A stretch of 61,819 bases of DNA, filler included, from Dimorphilus gyrociliatus (lineage: Eukaryota > Animalia > Annelida), in NCBI GenBank assembly GCA_904063045.1. It is 4 parts of 4 records of this genome, joined end to end, with 100 filler letters (N's around TTAATTAATTAA, not from the genome) between each part and the next. Parts side by side here need not be neighbours in the genome. Positions count along the whole stretch, not along the records: positions 1 to 18,358 come from CAJFCJ010000022.1; positions 18,459 to 50,221 come from CAJFCJ010000132.1; 2 more parts are not named here. One strand, 5' to 3'. The translations under genes were made by a program, and so were the position numbers. The first letter of the stretch is position 1. The number at the start of each line of letters is the position of its first letter. Shown piece after piece: positions 12,030 through 24,169 of the stretch. The notes below the pieces were generated by a model. It did no database searches. It had not been told where the DNA came from and saw nothing but the letters and a program-made list of their open reading frames with translations.

Positions 12030-13790
12030 GAATGCGTTTTCTGGATAACAACAAATTCACCAATGTAGAGATGGCTACAAATGATAACTGCATTGAAAAA
12101 TGTACTTTCTGAGTGAAGACAATGTTCGTCCTTAGTAGAATCATTATCAATGAAGATATTCTATTTGTAATTGAGATATCAAATACTTTTTCAAGAGAGA
12201 TCTGAAATAATTTGATATCATATATCAGAAATTTTCCTTTTAAATGAACAGCAAAATAATTGGATTTGCTGATTAAAGATGAATATTTGTTTATTGTTAT
12301 AGACTTTTCCATCAGAGCATATTTTTCATAGGAGTTTCCATTTTCTTTTACACTCATCACAAATGAATCTCCATTGAGAGCTAAATTATCTTGAGAGAAG
12401 AAAGATAAAGAGAATTTTACTAAAATGATTTTTATTTTTGAAACAAAGATACCAACTTGTATAGATTTCAATTTCACAAATTGTTATATTGGACGCCCCA
12501 ATAACAGAAATATTTACATAATTACCAGAAAGAATACTACTTTGGCATCTTTATTGTTTGGTTTCATAGGGGTGGACAGAAAACGTCCACAACTGAGAAA
12601 TTTCAAGACTAGATTTTGGATTGAGAAATGGTTAGGAAGAAGACAGCAACTGATATGTACTTAGGAGGGTCTCCTCTAAGGGTTAGAGGTAATAGAAAAG
12701 GTTAGGTACAGCCAGGGGCTGGGTTAGGGTTAGGGTAAAAGCACTGATTTGTGGTCGTTTTCTGTCGCATCCGGTTTCATATAGCAAAGGTTATTCTATT
12801 ATCATTATCATTGCCACAGTAATTGTCAATTACAGACAGAATAGATGAATTTGTAACTGCTAGCGAAAGTATTCTTCTGTATCCTAAAAGAATGAGGGGT
12901 GAGAATTGAGTGAGAGGGAAGAAAAGAGGAAAGAGGAGACTTTCTCATATTGTAATATCTTACCTGAAATATTTGGAGGAGTTATGATTATTTCTATTAC
13001 AGAATTACACGGATAAGGATAAAAATCTGAGATTTATCATTAAAATCACCAATTATTTCTGTACAACCACCTAATTTTTTATTGGTATTGACTACTCCAT
13101 CAGTTAAATGATTTTCGTGATAAATATGCTCGGAAGAAGCAACTTGATAATTATGAATTATTGATTTATGAAGAGCAATATTGTACTTTGCAAAATCTTG
13201 AATACAAATATTTTTTACAGTAGAATTTGATATATTGAATATCCTCTCCACTAACCCAGTTAAACACTTCTCGACGCTTACCTCATTAAAAACTGTACTA
13301 CCGCAAAAATCTGTTGTAAAAGTGTCTTTTTAACAAACAAACAAATTATGTTTACATTTAATGAATAATTTCTTATTTACCAATATGAACCATAGAATAA
13401 ACTTTTGAATAGAAATTTGGAAAGAATTTTTTATATTGGCAAGATGATTTAAAATAGCATCTATACTCCTTTCTACTGTTAATCACAAAAATTTAAATAG
13501 CTCTACAATCTTGATTAATGTTGCACATTTCAAGACAACTTATAATAACAGTCGAGATGTTTAAACTGGCTTGACAGTGTATATTCAACAAATTGTTAAT
13601 AATACAATCCCCTTTTGTAGGTACATAATTTAATACTATAAAATATAACATATATTATCATTATCATTAGCTTGATCATTCAAGTTACCTTTTTCACACA
13701 TTAAACCCTGATATGGGTTCTTACTTTCACATTTGACTTCAACACATTTTTCATAATAGTGTACGCAATTATTGTTAGATTTGCAGCATT
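12030..13790 (-). pseudogene. EGF-like + tandem F-type-lectin (FTP/FA58C)-like domain gene, MITE-interrupted
   Basis: EGF-like C..NNNCVHYYEKCVEVKCESKNPYQGLMCEK. FTP-like NIALHK...LTDG...GGCT, then C-terminal GNYVNISVIGASNITICEIEIY, then a second NLALNG... start. Stop/frameshift near the MITE. Confidence 0.5.
12569..12772. mobile_element. MULE-type MITE, complete, 9-bp TSD
   Basis: TIRs GGGGTGGACAGAAAACGTCC and GGTCGTTTTCTGTCGCATCC. Exact TSD GGTTTCATA at 12560-12568 and 12773-12781. Confidence 0.92.
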
Positions 13791-14314
13791 CTTTAGAGAA
13801 CAAATAAAAGAGAGAATTAGAAAGAGAGAGATAACAAGGACAATTCAATAAAGAATTCACTTGTAAAATAGAATTCCAAATAGTAAAATATAAAAAGAAA
13901 GAACAAATCTTTAAACATTGAGGAAGGAAAATGAAATTCTTTTTGTTTTTTTGTGGAAACTGATCTTTGTCGGGAAGTAAGAAGAATGATATATTTGTTG
14001 TATATATGCATGTATGTGTGTATTGAATATTTATATTTACATATTTTCAATAAATACGAATTAAAAAAACCTATACTATTGTGACATTAACTAATATAAT
14101 ATTTGAATAAATATTTAAACAGTAAAATGATGAATAGAGAGTTTCCCCCCTTAATTATTGATTTCTATTTCTGAAAATAGTATATGAAATTATCAATTAA
14201 TATTTTTTTCCCAAATTGTAAACAATTATCAGCTAATAATCCTATTGTCAAACGAGAAATATCAAATCTTAAGTTGAGAATTACAGGAAAGGCACTTGAT
14301 GGAATTTTCCATTT

Positions 14315-14457
14315 GTCCAACAGAAAATGTTCACAAATCAACGACTCTTAATTCTAAGCCAAACACGGTGATTGAACCCTCCTTAAGAACAAATAAGTTG
14401 CTGTCTTCGTCTCCCTTACCTTTTTTCAATCCAAAATCTAACCTTGAATTATCTCAT
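14315..14457. mobile_element. Degraded MITE copy
   Basis: GTCCAACAGAAAATGTTCACAAATCA TIR-like start. Body matches TTCAATCCAAAATCTA..CTTGAA. Confidence 0.6.
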
Positions 14458-15104
14458 TATCTCAATCATCAGGCATAATTAATTTTCACTATGTCTATCC
14501 AATGCAACAAAATAATGCTAAATTTAGAATAACAAGTTAAAATTTAAAATTAAATAGTTTGAAATGCAAAGAGCATCATTATAGGTTGACATCAGGAAAA
14601 AATTTTAGTCAAAGCGAATTCATGAACCTATGTCAAAAAAGGATTATTTGATAATATGATAAAAATCCTAAAGAGAATGTGGGTTAAAATAATCCTAAAA
14701 AGTGATCTAAATGTCGTTAAGAGAATTTTCATGTTCAGCTGCAAAATTGATATATTGAAAATTTTTCTGTTAAACAAACTAAGGAGATTATTTTAGTTTA
14801 TCATCTACTCTTTCTTTTCTAACTCTGAGTACTTTAATAAAAAACTCTTATCTTCTGTTTATATTGTAACAATACGATACTAAGAATCTATAATGAAAAG
14901 AAATTTCTTAATTCAGCGTTTAAAAGCTCTAAAACGCATTATTATGCTGAAAATGCTTGAATTGAAAAGTCTTGGTAAAATTTGCCAGTACGAATAATAG
15001 TTGGCTACAAATAGATTTAAGTGAGTATATGTTTTATATACATTTTAAAAAAGAACATTATTTCCCATATTTTATTGTTTAAAGGTCAAATATACGATTT
15101 GAAA

Positions 15105-15335
15105 TGTGTAGTTCATATTTATGTTTAGTAAGAGGATGTTACAAGGTTGAACATTTAGGAAGGTTAATTGAATTATAACTTGGCCACACCCTAGGCAAGT
15201 TAATTAAATTATAACTTGGCCAAACCTTTATTGGTGATTAAGGATGAGCCTTCAAGCTGACTAATCAGACTTATGTTTGGCCAATGTTATAGCATCTTCT
15301 TGCGTAGGTTTTAAGATGTACATGTATAAGTTGCA
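15105..15335. repeat. Dispersed repeat, inverted partner at ~42335-42530
   Basis: Near-identical reverse-complement match. This copy has an extra internal duplication of AATTATAACTTGGCC. Confidence 0.8.
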
Positions 15336-16034
15336 TAAAATAATAGAGTTCAAGCATGTAAAATATAACCAAAGTTGTACAATGTTGTGATATTTTGTCT
15401 ACATTTTGGACAGATTATTTGGTCATTTTTATCTTGTAATTGCTGTAAACATTTAATACAAATTTTATGCTGACAAGGAAATATTCTTAGATCATTTCTT
15501 TCCCAAGATCCTAAGTAAATTTCACCTTACCACCATTTTGAAAATGTGTGGTCATTTTTCTGGTTTCAGCTTCATTTTCTACTTTTTGTTGAATAAGCAA
15601 TTGTCAAGCATTTCTGACTAGAGTGCAGAGAAATATACTACTGGAAAGCTAAGCTGTTATTGAAAGCTCACATAATCCTAAAACTGAAAATTAACAAATG
15701 GGATGTATTGGATGATTTTCACTGAAATGGTTAATGTTACTGAAAGAGTCAAAGAAATTCAATTACTAGATGTATTTAGAAAAATTATTACTTATGTGAA
15801 AAGAGTCATGTGTCTCATTTTATTAAATTGGCAAATAAGAGCTTAAATATATTTTGATAATACAAGAGCAAATGTTGCAAAAGATCATTTTTTGAGTACA
15901 TTTCAAGAAAATATCTCTTACTTTTGATTTTATTCGGACCAAAGCTATTGATACAAAAAAAAAATACTGAGAGCGTGTGCAGATCCAAAAAGACTGTGAA
16001 TTAAAAAATATTGAATTGAATTCTGAAAATTTAG

Positions 16035-17744
16035 CTAACTTGATTTCAAAATTTGAAATGTATTTTTTCCATCTCTTTGCAATTGGAAATTGGAAAATTG
16101 AGAAGATTTGCTTTTTGCTGCTTGGACATTGATTGTTTCTATTTTGGAACAATATTCAAATAAGATTCCTATTTTTTTACATCCTTCTTCATCTATTCTA
16201 TAAAACTGAAAACTTGCATTCTTTAGAGTATCTGATGAATGAAAAAGTCCTTCATAAATATTATTTACTCCATTTCCCTTAATTTCAATCCATCCTAGAT
16301 TGATTGTTTCTATATTTGAACAACTTTTCAACAGGTTTCCTATCTGTTTACAGTCTTGTTCATTTAATTGACAATTATTAAAATTGACATTCTTTAAAGT
16401 ATTTTTTGAATACAGAAGACCCTCGCAGATATTTTCCAAAGTATTTCCCATATTTATTGTCCATCCTAGATTTATTGTTTCCATTTTATGACAATTTTTT
16501 AACAGATTTTCTATCCCTTTACATTCTTTTCCATTCAATTTGCAATTATCGAAATTGATATGCTTTAAAGTATTTTTAGAATGAAAAAGTCCTTGACAAA
16601 TGTTATCTAATCCATTTCCAATATTTGTATTCCATCCTACTTTGATTGTTTCCATTTTGTGACAACTTTTCAACAGATTTTCAATCTTTTTACATTCTTC
16701 TTCCCCAAGATCACAGGACTCAAAATTGATATGCTTTAGAGTATTTGAAGAGTGAACAAGTCCGTCACAAATATTTTCTAATCCATGTTTTATATTTGCG
16801 TTATCTCCAAGATTGATTAGTTCTATTATAGAACAACTTTTCAATAGATTTCCTAGTTTTTCACAGTCTTCTTTATTCAAGTTGCAACACCAAAGATTGA
16901 TTTGCTTTAAAGTGTCTAGTGAATGGAAGAGTCCTTGGCAAATATTTTCTATGCCATTTTCCATGCAATCATTATATCCTAGATTAATTGATTCTATTTT
17001 GGAACATCTTTTCAATAGGTTTCCTATCTTTCTACAAGCTTCTTCATTCACATTACACAATTCAAAATTAACTTGCCTCAATGTATTTGACGAATGAAAA
17101 AGTCCTTCACATATACTTTCTAACCCATTTCCTATGTTATCATTATATCCTAGATTGATTGTTTCTATTTTTGAACAACTTTTCAGAAGCTTGCCAATCT
17201 GTTTACAATCTCCATCACTTAAAGCACAATCCTTCAAATGAATTCTCATTAATTTTTCAGTTGACTGGATAATTTCTTGTATATTTTTCAGCTGTTTATC
17301 TTCAATTTTATTGTTCGACATATCAATTATTTTTATTGAGTTTTTTCTTATGTCTTCAGCAGATAAGCAGTATTCAATTAAATTTTGTCTTTCTTTAAGT
17401 TTCGCTTTGGAAAAATCTCTATAATTCTTATAATTTTCTTCCCTACATAATATGCATGTATTTCTTCCCATACTGTGCATTTGACAATAAACTAACCATT
17501 CCTGCTCATGTTCTTTACATAAAATATTATTTTGTGGTTGGTTTATCCATTCATCAGATCGAATACAGCTTTGCTTACATTTTGGGCACGTAATTTCACA
17601 ATTTTCCTTTTGAAACTCATCTAAACACTTCAAACAAAAGGTGTGTTGACAAGAAAATACCTTATAGTCATTTTCTAAAGAAGAATTAAAACAAATAGAA
17701 CATTCTAATTCTTCATTCGCTGTAAAACAACGTTTGGTAGCCAT
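16035..17744 (-). CDS. RING - B-box - ribonuclease-inhibitor-type LRR protein (TRIM-like E3 ligase with LRR C-terminus)
   Basis: Uninterrupted ORF, likely starting at MATKR (17744). RING CSICFN...CQHTFCLKC...CPKC and B-box LCKEH...YCQMH...CILC, then six full 57-aa A/B LRR pairs. Confidence 0.85.
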   Translation of the reverse strand: MATKRCFTANEELECSICFNSSLENDYKVFSCQHTFCLKCLDEFQKENCEITCPKCKQSCIRSDEWINQPQNNILCKEHEQEWLVYCQMHSMGRNTCILCREENYKNYRDFSKAKLKERQNLIEYCLSAEDIRKNSIKIIDMSNNKIEDKQLKNIQEIIQSTEKLMRIHLKDCALSDGDCKQIGKLLKSCSKIETINLGYNDNIGNGLESICEGLFHSSNTLRQVNFELCNVNEEACRKIGNLLKRCSKIESINLGYNDCMENGIENICQGLFHSLDTLKQINLWCCNLNKEDCEKLGNLLKSCSIIELINLGDNANIKHGLENICDGLVHSSNTLKHINFESCDLGEEECKKIENLLKSCHKMETIKVGWNTNIGNGLDNICQGLFHSKNTLKHINFDNCKLNGKECKGIENLLKNCHKMETINLGWTINMGNTLENICEGLLYSKNTLKNVNFNNCQLNEQDCKQIGNLLKSCSNIETINLGWIEIKGNGVNNIYEGLFHSSDTLKNASFQFYRIDEEGCKKIGILFEYCSKIETINVQAAKSKSSQFSNFQLQRDGKNTFQILKSS

Positions 17745-18358
17745 TTTGAAAATATTAAAGAAACTAACTATTTCCATGGTTTAGATATACCTGTTGTTTA
17801 TTCATATTAGATTAATTCATTTCTCTCAAGATATCTAGTATTTCCTAATAAAAACAACACAAAGAATATGTATATTCTATATTTCCTAAACCTTAGATAC
17901 ATACATTAACAGGCCATTGTTTAAACTATTCATGATTAACATCGACATTGTCATAGTGTGTTTGAATCAAGTATTGCTAAATTGACTGGGGAGAAAAAAC
18001 ACAAAGTCAGCAAAAGGAATATGACAATAAAATTTTATAGAGTAGAGCTACTTGAAACTAGTATTAACGACGGATATACATAAAAAATTTCAACATTACT
18101 TGGATGTGTATGAGTTGTAGGAATCATATTAATATAATACAAATTTGTAATTTTAGTTGTAGTCTCTTGATTATAGGAGAAAATGTGTCTGTTATAAATA
18201 TTATCACTAATGGCAGAAATTTTCATATCGCAAAATCCTCCATAATGATCTTCCTGTAAATTAGCAACAGCTACTTGAACTTAGATAAAGTATTTAAGAT
18301 TTTTTTCAAAATTTAAAACTATTTCCGGTTGAAATTGTTTACTATTCCATTTAAATTA

Positions 18359-18458
18359 NNNNNNNNNNNNNNNNNNNNNNNNNNNNNNNNNNNNNNNNNN
18401 NNTTAATTAATTAANNNNNNNNNNNNNNNNNNNNNNNNNNNNNNNNNNNNNNNNNNNN
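18359..18458. other. Assembly gap, 44N + TTAATTAATTAA + 44N
   Basis: Same 100-bp structure at 50222-50321 and 58233-58332. Confidence 0.97.
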
Positions 18459-19530
18459 GAACAACATTTAAGAGCTTTTCCTAGATATTCTGCTTGAATT
18501 TCAGTTAATGAACAAGAATTTATTTGAATTTCTTTTAGATTTTTAGAATTTGATTCAAGTCCTTTGCAAATAGATTGAAATCCATCATCTCCCATTGTAG
18601 AGTTATAAGACAAATCAACAATTTCTAATGATGAACATTGTTGAAATAATTCTCCAAGTTTGCTTGCTTGTTCACTATTTAGAGCGCAAGTATTTATCCT
18701 AATACTATTGCAAAGTGTTCGATGAGCATAGAAGTTCCTTACAAACCTGTTCAAGTCTATCATTCATTCTAGAATTAGCAGATATATCAAAGATTTCTAT
18801 TGATGAGCAATGATCAATTGTTTTTACAAGACTTGTTGCCTGGTTTACATTTAATTCACAATTACTTACTAAAATTATTTTCAAAGTATTGGAAGATGAT
18901 CTGAGACCTTTACAAATCATTTGAAATCCATCATCTTCCATGTTTGAATTATTAGATAAATCAACAATTTCCAATGATGGATCATTGCTGAAACAATTCT
19001 CCTAGATAAATTGCCCCATCATTGCTCAATTTGCAAGAACTAACTCTAATATGTTGTAAAGTATTTGAAGATGATTTGAGTCCATTGAAAATTGCATTGA
19101 ATTGATCATCTCTAGTTATATAATTATAAGATAAATCAACAAGTTCTAATGAAAAACACTGTTGAAGTGTTTGACCTAGAATCTTGGCTTGTGTATTATC
19201 TAATTCACAACATCTGACTTTAATATGTTTTATCATGCTTGAAGATGATTCGAGTCCATGGCAAATCTTTTCAAATACATTTCCCATATTTGAATTATTA
19301 GATAGGTCAATATTCTCTAATGATGAGCAATGTTCAAATGTCTCTGCTAGATAATTTGTTTTAATAACATTCAATTTGCAATAATTTACTTTGAGTTGCC
19401 TCAAAGTGTTTGAAGACGATTTGAGAGCTTTGCAAATCATTTGAAATTCTTTATCACCTATTTCAGAATTATTTTCCAAGTTTAAAATTTCCAGTGATGA
19501 GCAAAGTTGAATTGCTTGAGCTAAATGAAA
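18459..19530 (-). pseudogene. RI-like LRR array, frameshifted paralogue
   Basis: ORFs 18982..19479, 18705..18974 and 18407..18763 carry CSSLEIVDLSxNxxMxDDGFQxICKGLxSSSNTL repeats in different frames. Ends at a gap. Confidence 0.75.
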
Positions 19531-19991
19531 GATAAAGAAATATCTTAAGATGGCATTCCTCTTTTAGTGGCTTTTGGCTTTTACCCATACCAAATTTATA
19601 CACTTCAGCTAATTTTAATATGTGATATATATTATAGAAATAATCAGCCAAGTCAATATATCTTGTACAAGTAGGACTGCCTACAACTGATTGACGAAAT
19701 TGTGTAGAGTTTATGTTATAACTTTTGGATAACTAAAGAATAATGCTTAGGTAGACTAAAGAAGAAATGTCGGGATAGTGAAATATAGGCATAAATGGGA
19801 TATTATCAAAGCATAATGTATCATAAAATCATAAAATACTGTTATTTTGCTGTCAGACACATCTAACAAACTGTAGATGCTATTTGATATTTTTTTCATA
19901 AAAAATCACTCAGCTAGAGTTAAAAGTAGTTTTTGGCTGCTGTAAAGCAGAAACTTTTTCTAAACAGTTTATTAAGATAAAATCAAAGCTG

Positions 19992-20381
19992 TTAGCAGAA
20001 TTGGAACTTTTTTTGTAAAAATTTCTTCATTATACAACCTAAAGTAAAGATATCTTCAGCTGAATTTTCAAGATCTGCTAAAAACAGCTTCTTCACATTC
20101 AGAACGTATTCTTTACCTTTGCCCTGCAATATTTTATTTATATAAATTAAAAATAAAAACAGCTGAAAAAAGATATTTGAAACCTTGGAATAAATATCTT
20201 TTATTGAAAAGGTACCATTTAGTGAATAGTCAAATCTATGAATTGAATTTATAGCTGTTGATATAGAGATACAACATTTAATGTATTTCTTTGACGCATA
20301 AAAGTCCTTATCTATTTTAAGAGGAGCAGGAAAGTTATTGGGATGGGAAAATGATAAATTTTGCTCTTGTTGATTTTCCAA
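19992..20381 (-). CDS. Possible 5' exons of the downstream LRR gene (unassigned)
   Basis: 129-aa ORF on the same strand with an AT-rich internal stretch resembling an intron. No motif recognised. Confidence 0.25.
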   Translation of the reverse strand: MENQQEQNLSFSHPNNFPAPLKIDKDFYASKKYIKCCISISTAINSIHRFDYSLNGTFSIKDIYSKVSNIFFQLFLFLIYINKILQGKGKEYVLNVKKLFLADLENSAEDIFTLGCIMKKFLQKKFQFC

Positions 20382-20566
20382 CAGTAAACTAACTGAAACA
20401 TAGACATTTATCTAGAATTGCAATGATTGAATAATGCAAAAAAAGCAGCTGCTGATAATACTTTTTTGGAGATTGTATTTAGTATTGTTTAGAACCACGT
20501 GAATCCTATTTTTAATTCAAAATGTAAAACATAAATCTGTATTGAAGTCTCTTTTTTTTTAGAAAA

Positions 20567-23500
20567 TTACTTTTTATCCATGAATTTTTGTTTAAAATTT
20601 TCAATTCTCTGTAAAATTTCACCGGATGTCAATATTACAGAATTCAACATCATGTTGACAAAAAATATATAAAATACTATCCAATTGTAGGTTTCATTGG
20701 TAAAATATATATCCCTAAGTAGAGCAGCAAAAGCTGGTATGGAAAAAAGAATATGTTCAATAAGTCCAAATTATATATGAAAGTTGTAACAACTTAAGAA
20801 TGAAATAGGTAACCAAATGACTAAGTTCGATCCGGAAAGGATAAAGATACTCAATTTAACACTTCTCTCTCTTTTATCTTTTCTATTTACTTGGTGAAGT
20901 TCTTTTGATGACTTTTTAACAATAAAAATGATATGAATATACATAAACAAAATAGAACTGCTCATTAGAGGGTTAATAACTCCAAAAAGGAGAAATGAAA
21001 CTATCCAACCATCTGTTTTTCTACTTTGAATAAAAATTGTAAAACAATTAGGTGACTCTCCATGATAATGCTGCAGATAATGAAAAGAAAAACAAAAACG
21101 TAATTGGGGCTCATACAATATAATTTATACACAGCATATACTGTTATACTGTATATCTTTTATATAAAGTAAACGACATGTATGTTGGAACACCTCAAAT
21201 TTAGGCAAAAATTACTAATTTGCAGTGGGCAAACAATTTTAACCATTGATTAAAAATTGGCCTATCAAAATTTATGGTGTCCATATGTACTGTACATGTC
21301 ATCCACTTTATGTTAGGACTAAGGTTTGTATAAACAATTTGAATTAGTTCACGGAAAGTCAATTTTCCTTCAGAGTCAAGGATATAACTTAGCATTAGCA
21401 TAGACTGCATATAAATTTATACAGTATATATTGAATATATAATAATTTGCCAAGTCTAGTCATTGTGGCCATTGACTACATATGTACTGTATATATATCT
21501 GTATATTTAACTTACCGAATTGATAGGAAAAACACAAAGCGATGCAAGAATTGAAATCACAACAACAAAAAGAGTCCATGAATTTTGATAAATACTGACT
21601 ATTGACCTGTTTAATGGATTCAGAACTACATTATATCTTTCCATTGTTATAAATAGGACAGACAGTACTGATAGTATTAATGGGAATGTTGCAAGTGTCC
21701 CCAAACACTGACAGTATATTTCTCTAAACCATATATAATCGTATTCAATAAACGCTTCTGAGTAGTAAGCGTCAGCCACTGCCAATAATAAAAAATAAAG
21801 AGAAATAAAAAAACTGCTGACATTTGATAGCAGGCGAAAATTTTTGGAAGAACTCTTCGATGTGAACAGTAAATAAATACAGAAAACATTTCCGCCACAG
21901 CCAATTGTTCCAAAAATCCAATGTAGAACTCTCTCTAATGTGGACTTGAATAATGTTGAACAAGATGGATATGCAATGGTCAACAGTGGACATTCAATTT
22001 CTTGATTATTATACTTCCAGAAAAGACAACAAAGTTTAGGACTCGGAGCATGGATTGTTTTCATTTGTTTTAACTTTCTTGCAATATTCAAATAATATTG
22101 AAATGGTATTTTACTTTTACTAAGATCCAAGATTTTCAACTGATTAATGTAGAAGAATACTCTCTGTTCAATTTTTTTAATGAAACAATGTTGAATAATT
22201 AAAGTGTTTAGAAAAGATAATTTAAAAAATGCTGAATTTGATAAAATTGTTATTTTTGTAAATGAAATGTCCAAAACTCTTAAATTAGTACAATTCAAAA
22301 TGTTTAATAATTTTAAAGAATTAATTGGATTTTTGGATATTGATAATTTATTCAGGAGTTTCAGTTCTCTCTTGAAAGGAAAATCTTTATTTTCAATTCT
22401 GTTGTTTATTAGATGTAATGAAACTAAATTTGGAAAATTTGGAAAATTTAGCCTATAATGTTTTAAGTATTTTGGACTATTGGTTATGCTTAAAATGATT
22501 AAATTAGTTGAACTCTGCAGAATACTTCTGTTGAATATTTCACCAATAATTCTTATTTTTCTAAAATAAGTGACTTTTTCCATTCTGTCTTCTTTTCTCT
22601 GAGGATTAATCTTTCTCAAATCACAAAATAATATATGTGGAGCTGATTCTTCACTCCAACAACCTATGTAGTTAATAATTGGAATTTCGCATAAATGCTC
22701 ATCACTTCCATCTAAACAATCAATAATTTTGTTACAGATTTGATCAAGAGATAAAAATTTCCTTTCACTTAGACACATAAAATAACCTTTTGCCACAGAT
22801 ATGTCATCTATGATTGACATTTGGTTTCTTCAAGTAAAATTTATCAGTCTATTTAAAACTCTAACCGCAATCCTCTTCATCATCGCCTTGCATACAATGA
22901 TTGATACCATCACAAATTAAACTTATAGATATGCAATAGTTTTCTCTATGGCACAGATAGAATCCATAGGGGCAAGAAGTTCTATTACAAGTTCCTTCGT
23001 AATGGTAGAGATCACTTAATGGATAATTAAGAGAGGACATTTTAATGAAACATGTTTCATTGAACAATTTATAAACATTCTCAGCTAAAATACTTTCATT
23101 AAAAATAGGTACTGAAGGATAGCACTCTTTCTGTTCAACAATTTGATGAGCAGTGTTACATTCTACAGAGAAAGAAGGAATCATAAAACAAATGGGAAAC
23201 ATCCAGTATTTTTGAGAAAATTGAATATACCAACTTTCTCTATAATTTTTTTCAATTGAATTTTCATGAAAGCATAATTCATCACATTTACTAAAACAAT
23301 TAATTTCATTATCACAAACTTGACTCTTATGTATACATTGCTGATTTCTACATTTTCTGCTCATGAGATATTTATGGTTGTCAAGTTTTCAGGTGAAAGC
23401 AACAATGAGGCAAGAGACAGAGATATCTTAAATTACCTTTCATCTATAGCACAAGCTGTAAAATCTAAACAAAAAAATAACACCGAAATCTATGAAATCT

Positions 23501-23815
23501 ATGAAAACAAGATGAAAATGATGAATTTTTCATACTGCAGTGTTTTTCATCAGAACCATCCAAACAGTCTTCTTTGTAATTGCAGACGAGGTAAAAGTGT
23601 ATGCTTTTCTTTTTATCATTACAAACAAAGTAGTCGTCTTTTTCAGCCAAGCAATTTTCATCCTCTCTATTATTCAGTGAACATTCTATCCTTTCTTTTT
23701 CGCATTTATATAGAATACTTAAAAAGATTTCGTATTTTTCACAAAAGAAACAATTTGCAGGATATTCATCCATTTTTCTATAATATGCCAATGACTCAAA
23801 GGATTTCTTTATAGC
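20567..23815 (-). CDS. GRL101-like LDLa-LRR-7TM GPCR (3' part)
   Basis: Four LDLa-type modules (ORFs 23465..23791, 22861..23364 and the start of 21507..22820) and an LRR block with KLCC..ECP..PSCSTL flank. TM1-4 with ITMERY, TM5-6 in 20771..21118, and a TM7 exon (FVNMMLNSVI) ending at TAA 20567-20569. Confidence 0.85.
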
Positions 23816-24169
23816 TTTTTTAATAGAAAAGTCATTGAATTTATTATCAAGTTATTCGGATAGTACAAAAGTACTCAAAATTTTTTGGCAAGTGATTACT
23901 GTTTCCAACCTAGTTTTACACGCTATATTCGAAAAAGCCACTTGTTGCTAAAAGACAGGTTTAATATTAAAAAAAAACATGTTTTTTTTTTTTTTGTATT
24001 TCAAGAAAAAATACTGGACTAGGAAATGAAATCTTGATGCAGAAAGTCATATCTTTTGCTGTATTAATTGCTAAATGTAGATGAAATTTCCGGACTAATT
24101 TTCTATAACTGTACAACTGTAAAGAAAACAAAAGGTAAGATAAACTAGATGTTGAATTCTAATTTGGGT

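Noticed and set aside
18403-18414. Palindromic TTAATTAATTAA inside N runs (also 50266-50277 and 58277-58288)
   Set aside because: Identical 44N-12nt-44N layout three times, with stops in all six frames. This is a scaffolding linker, not biology.
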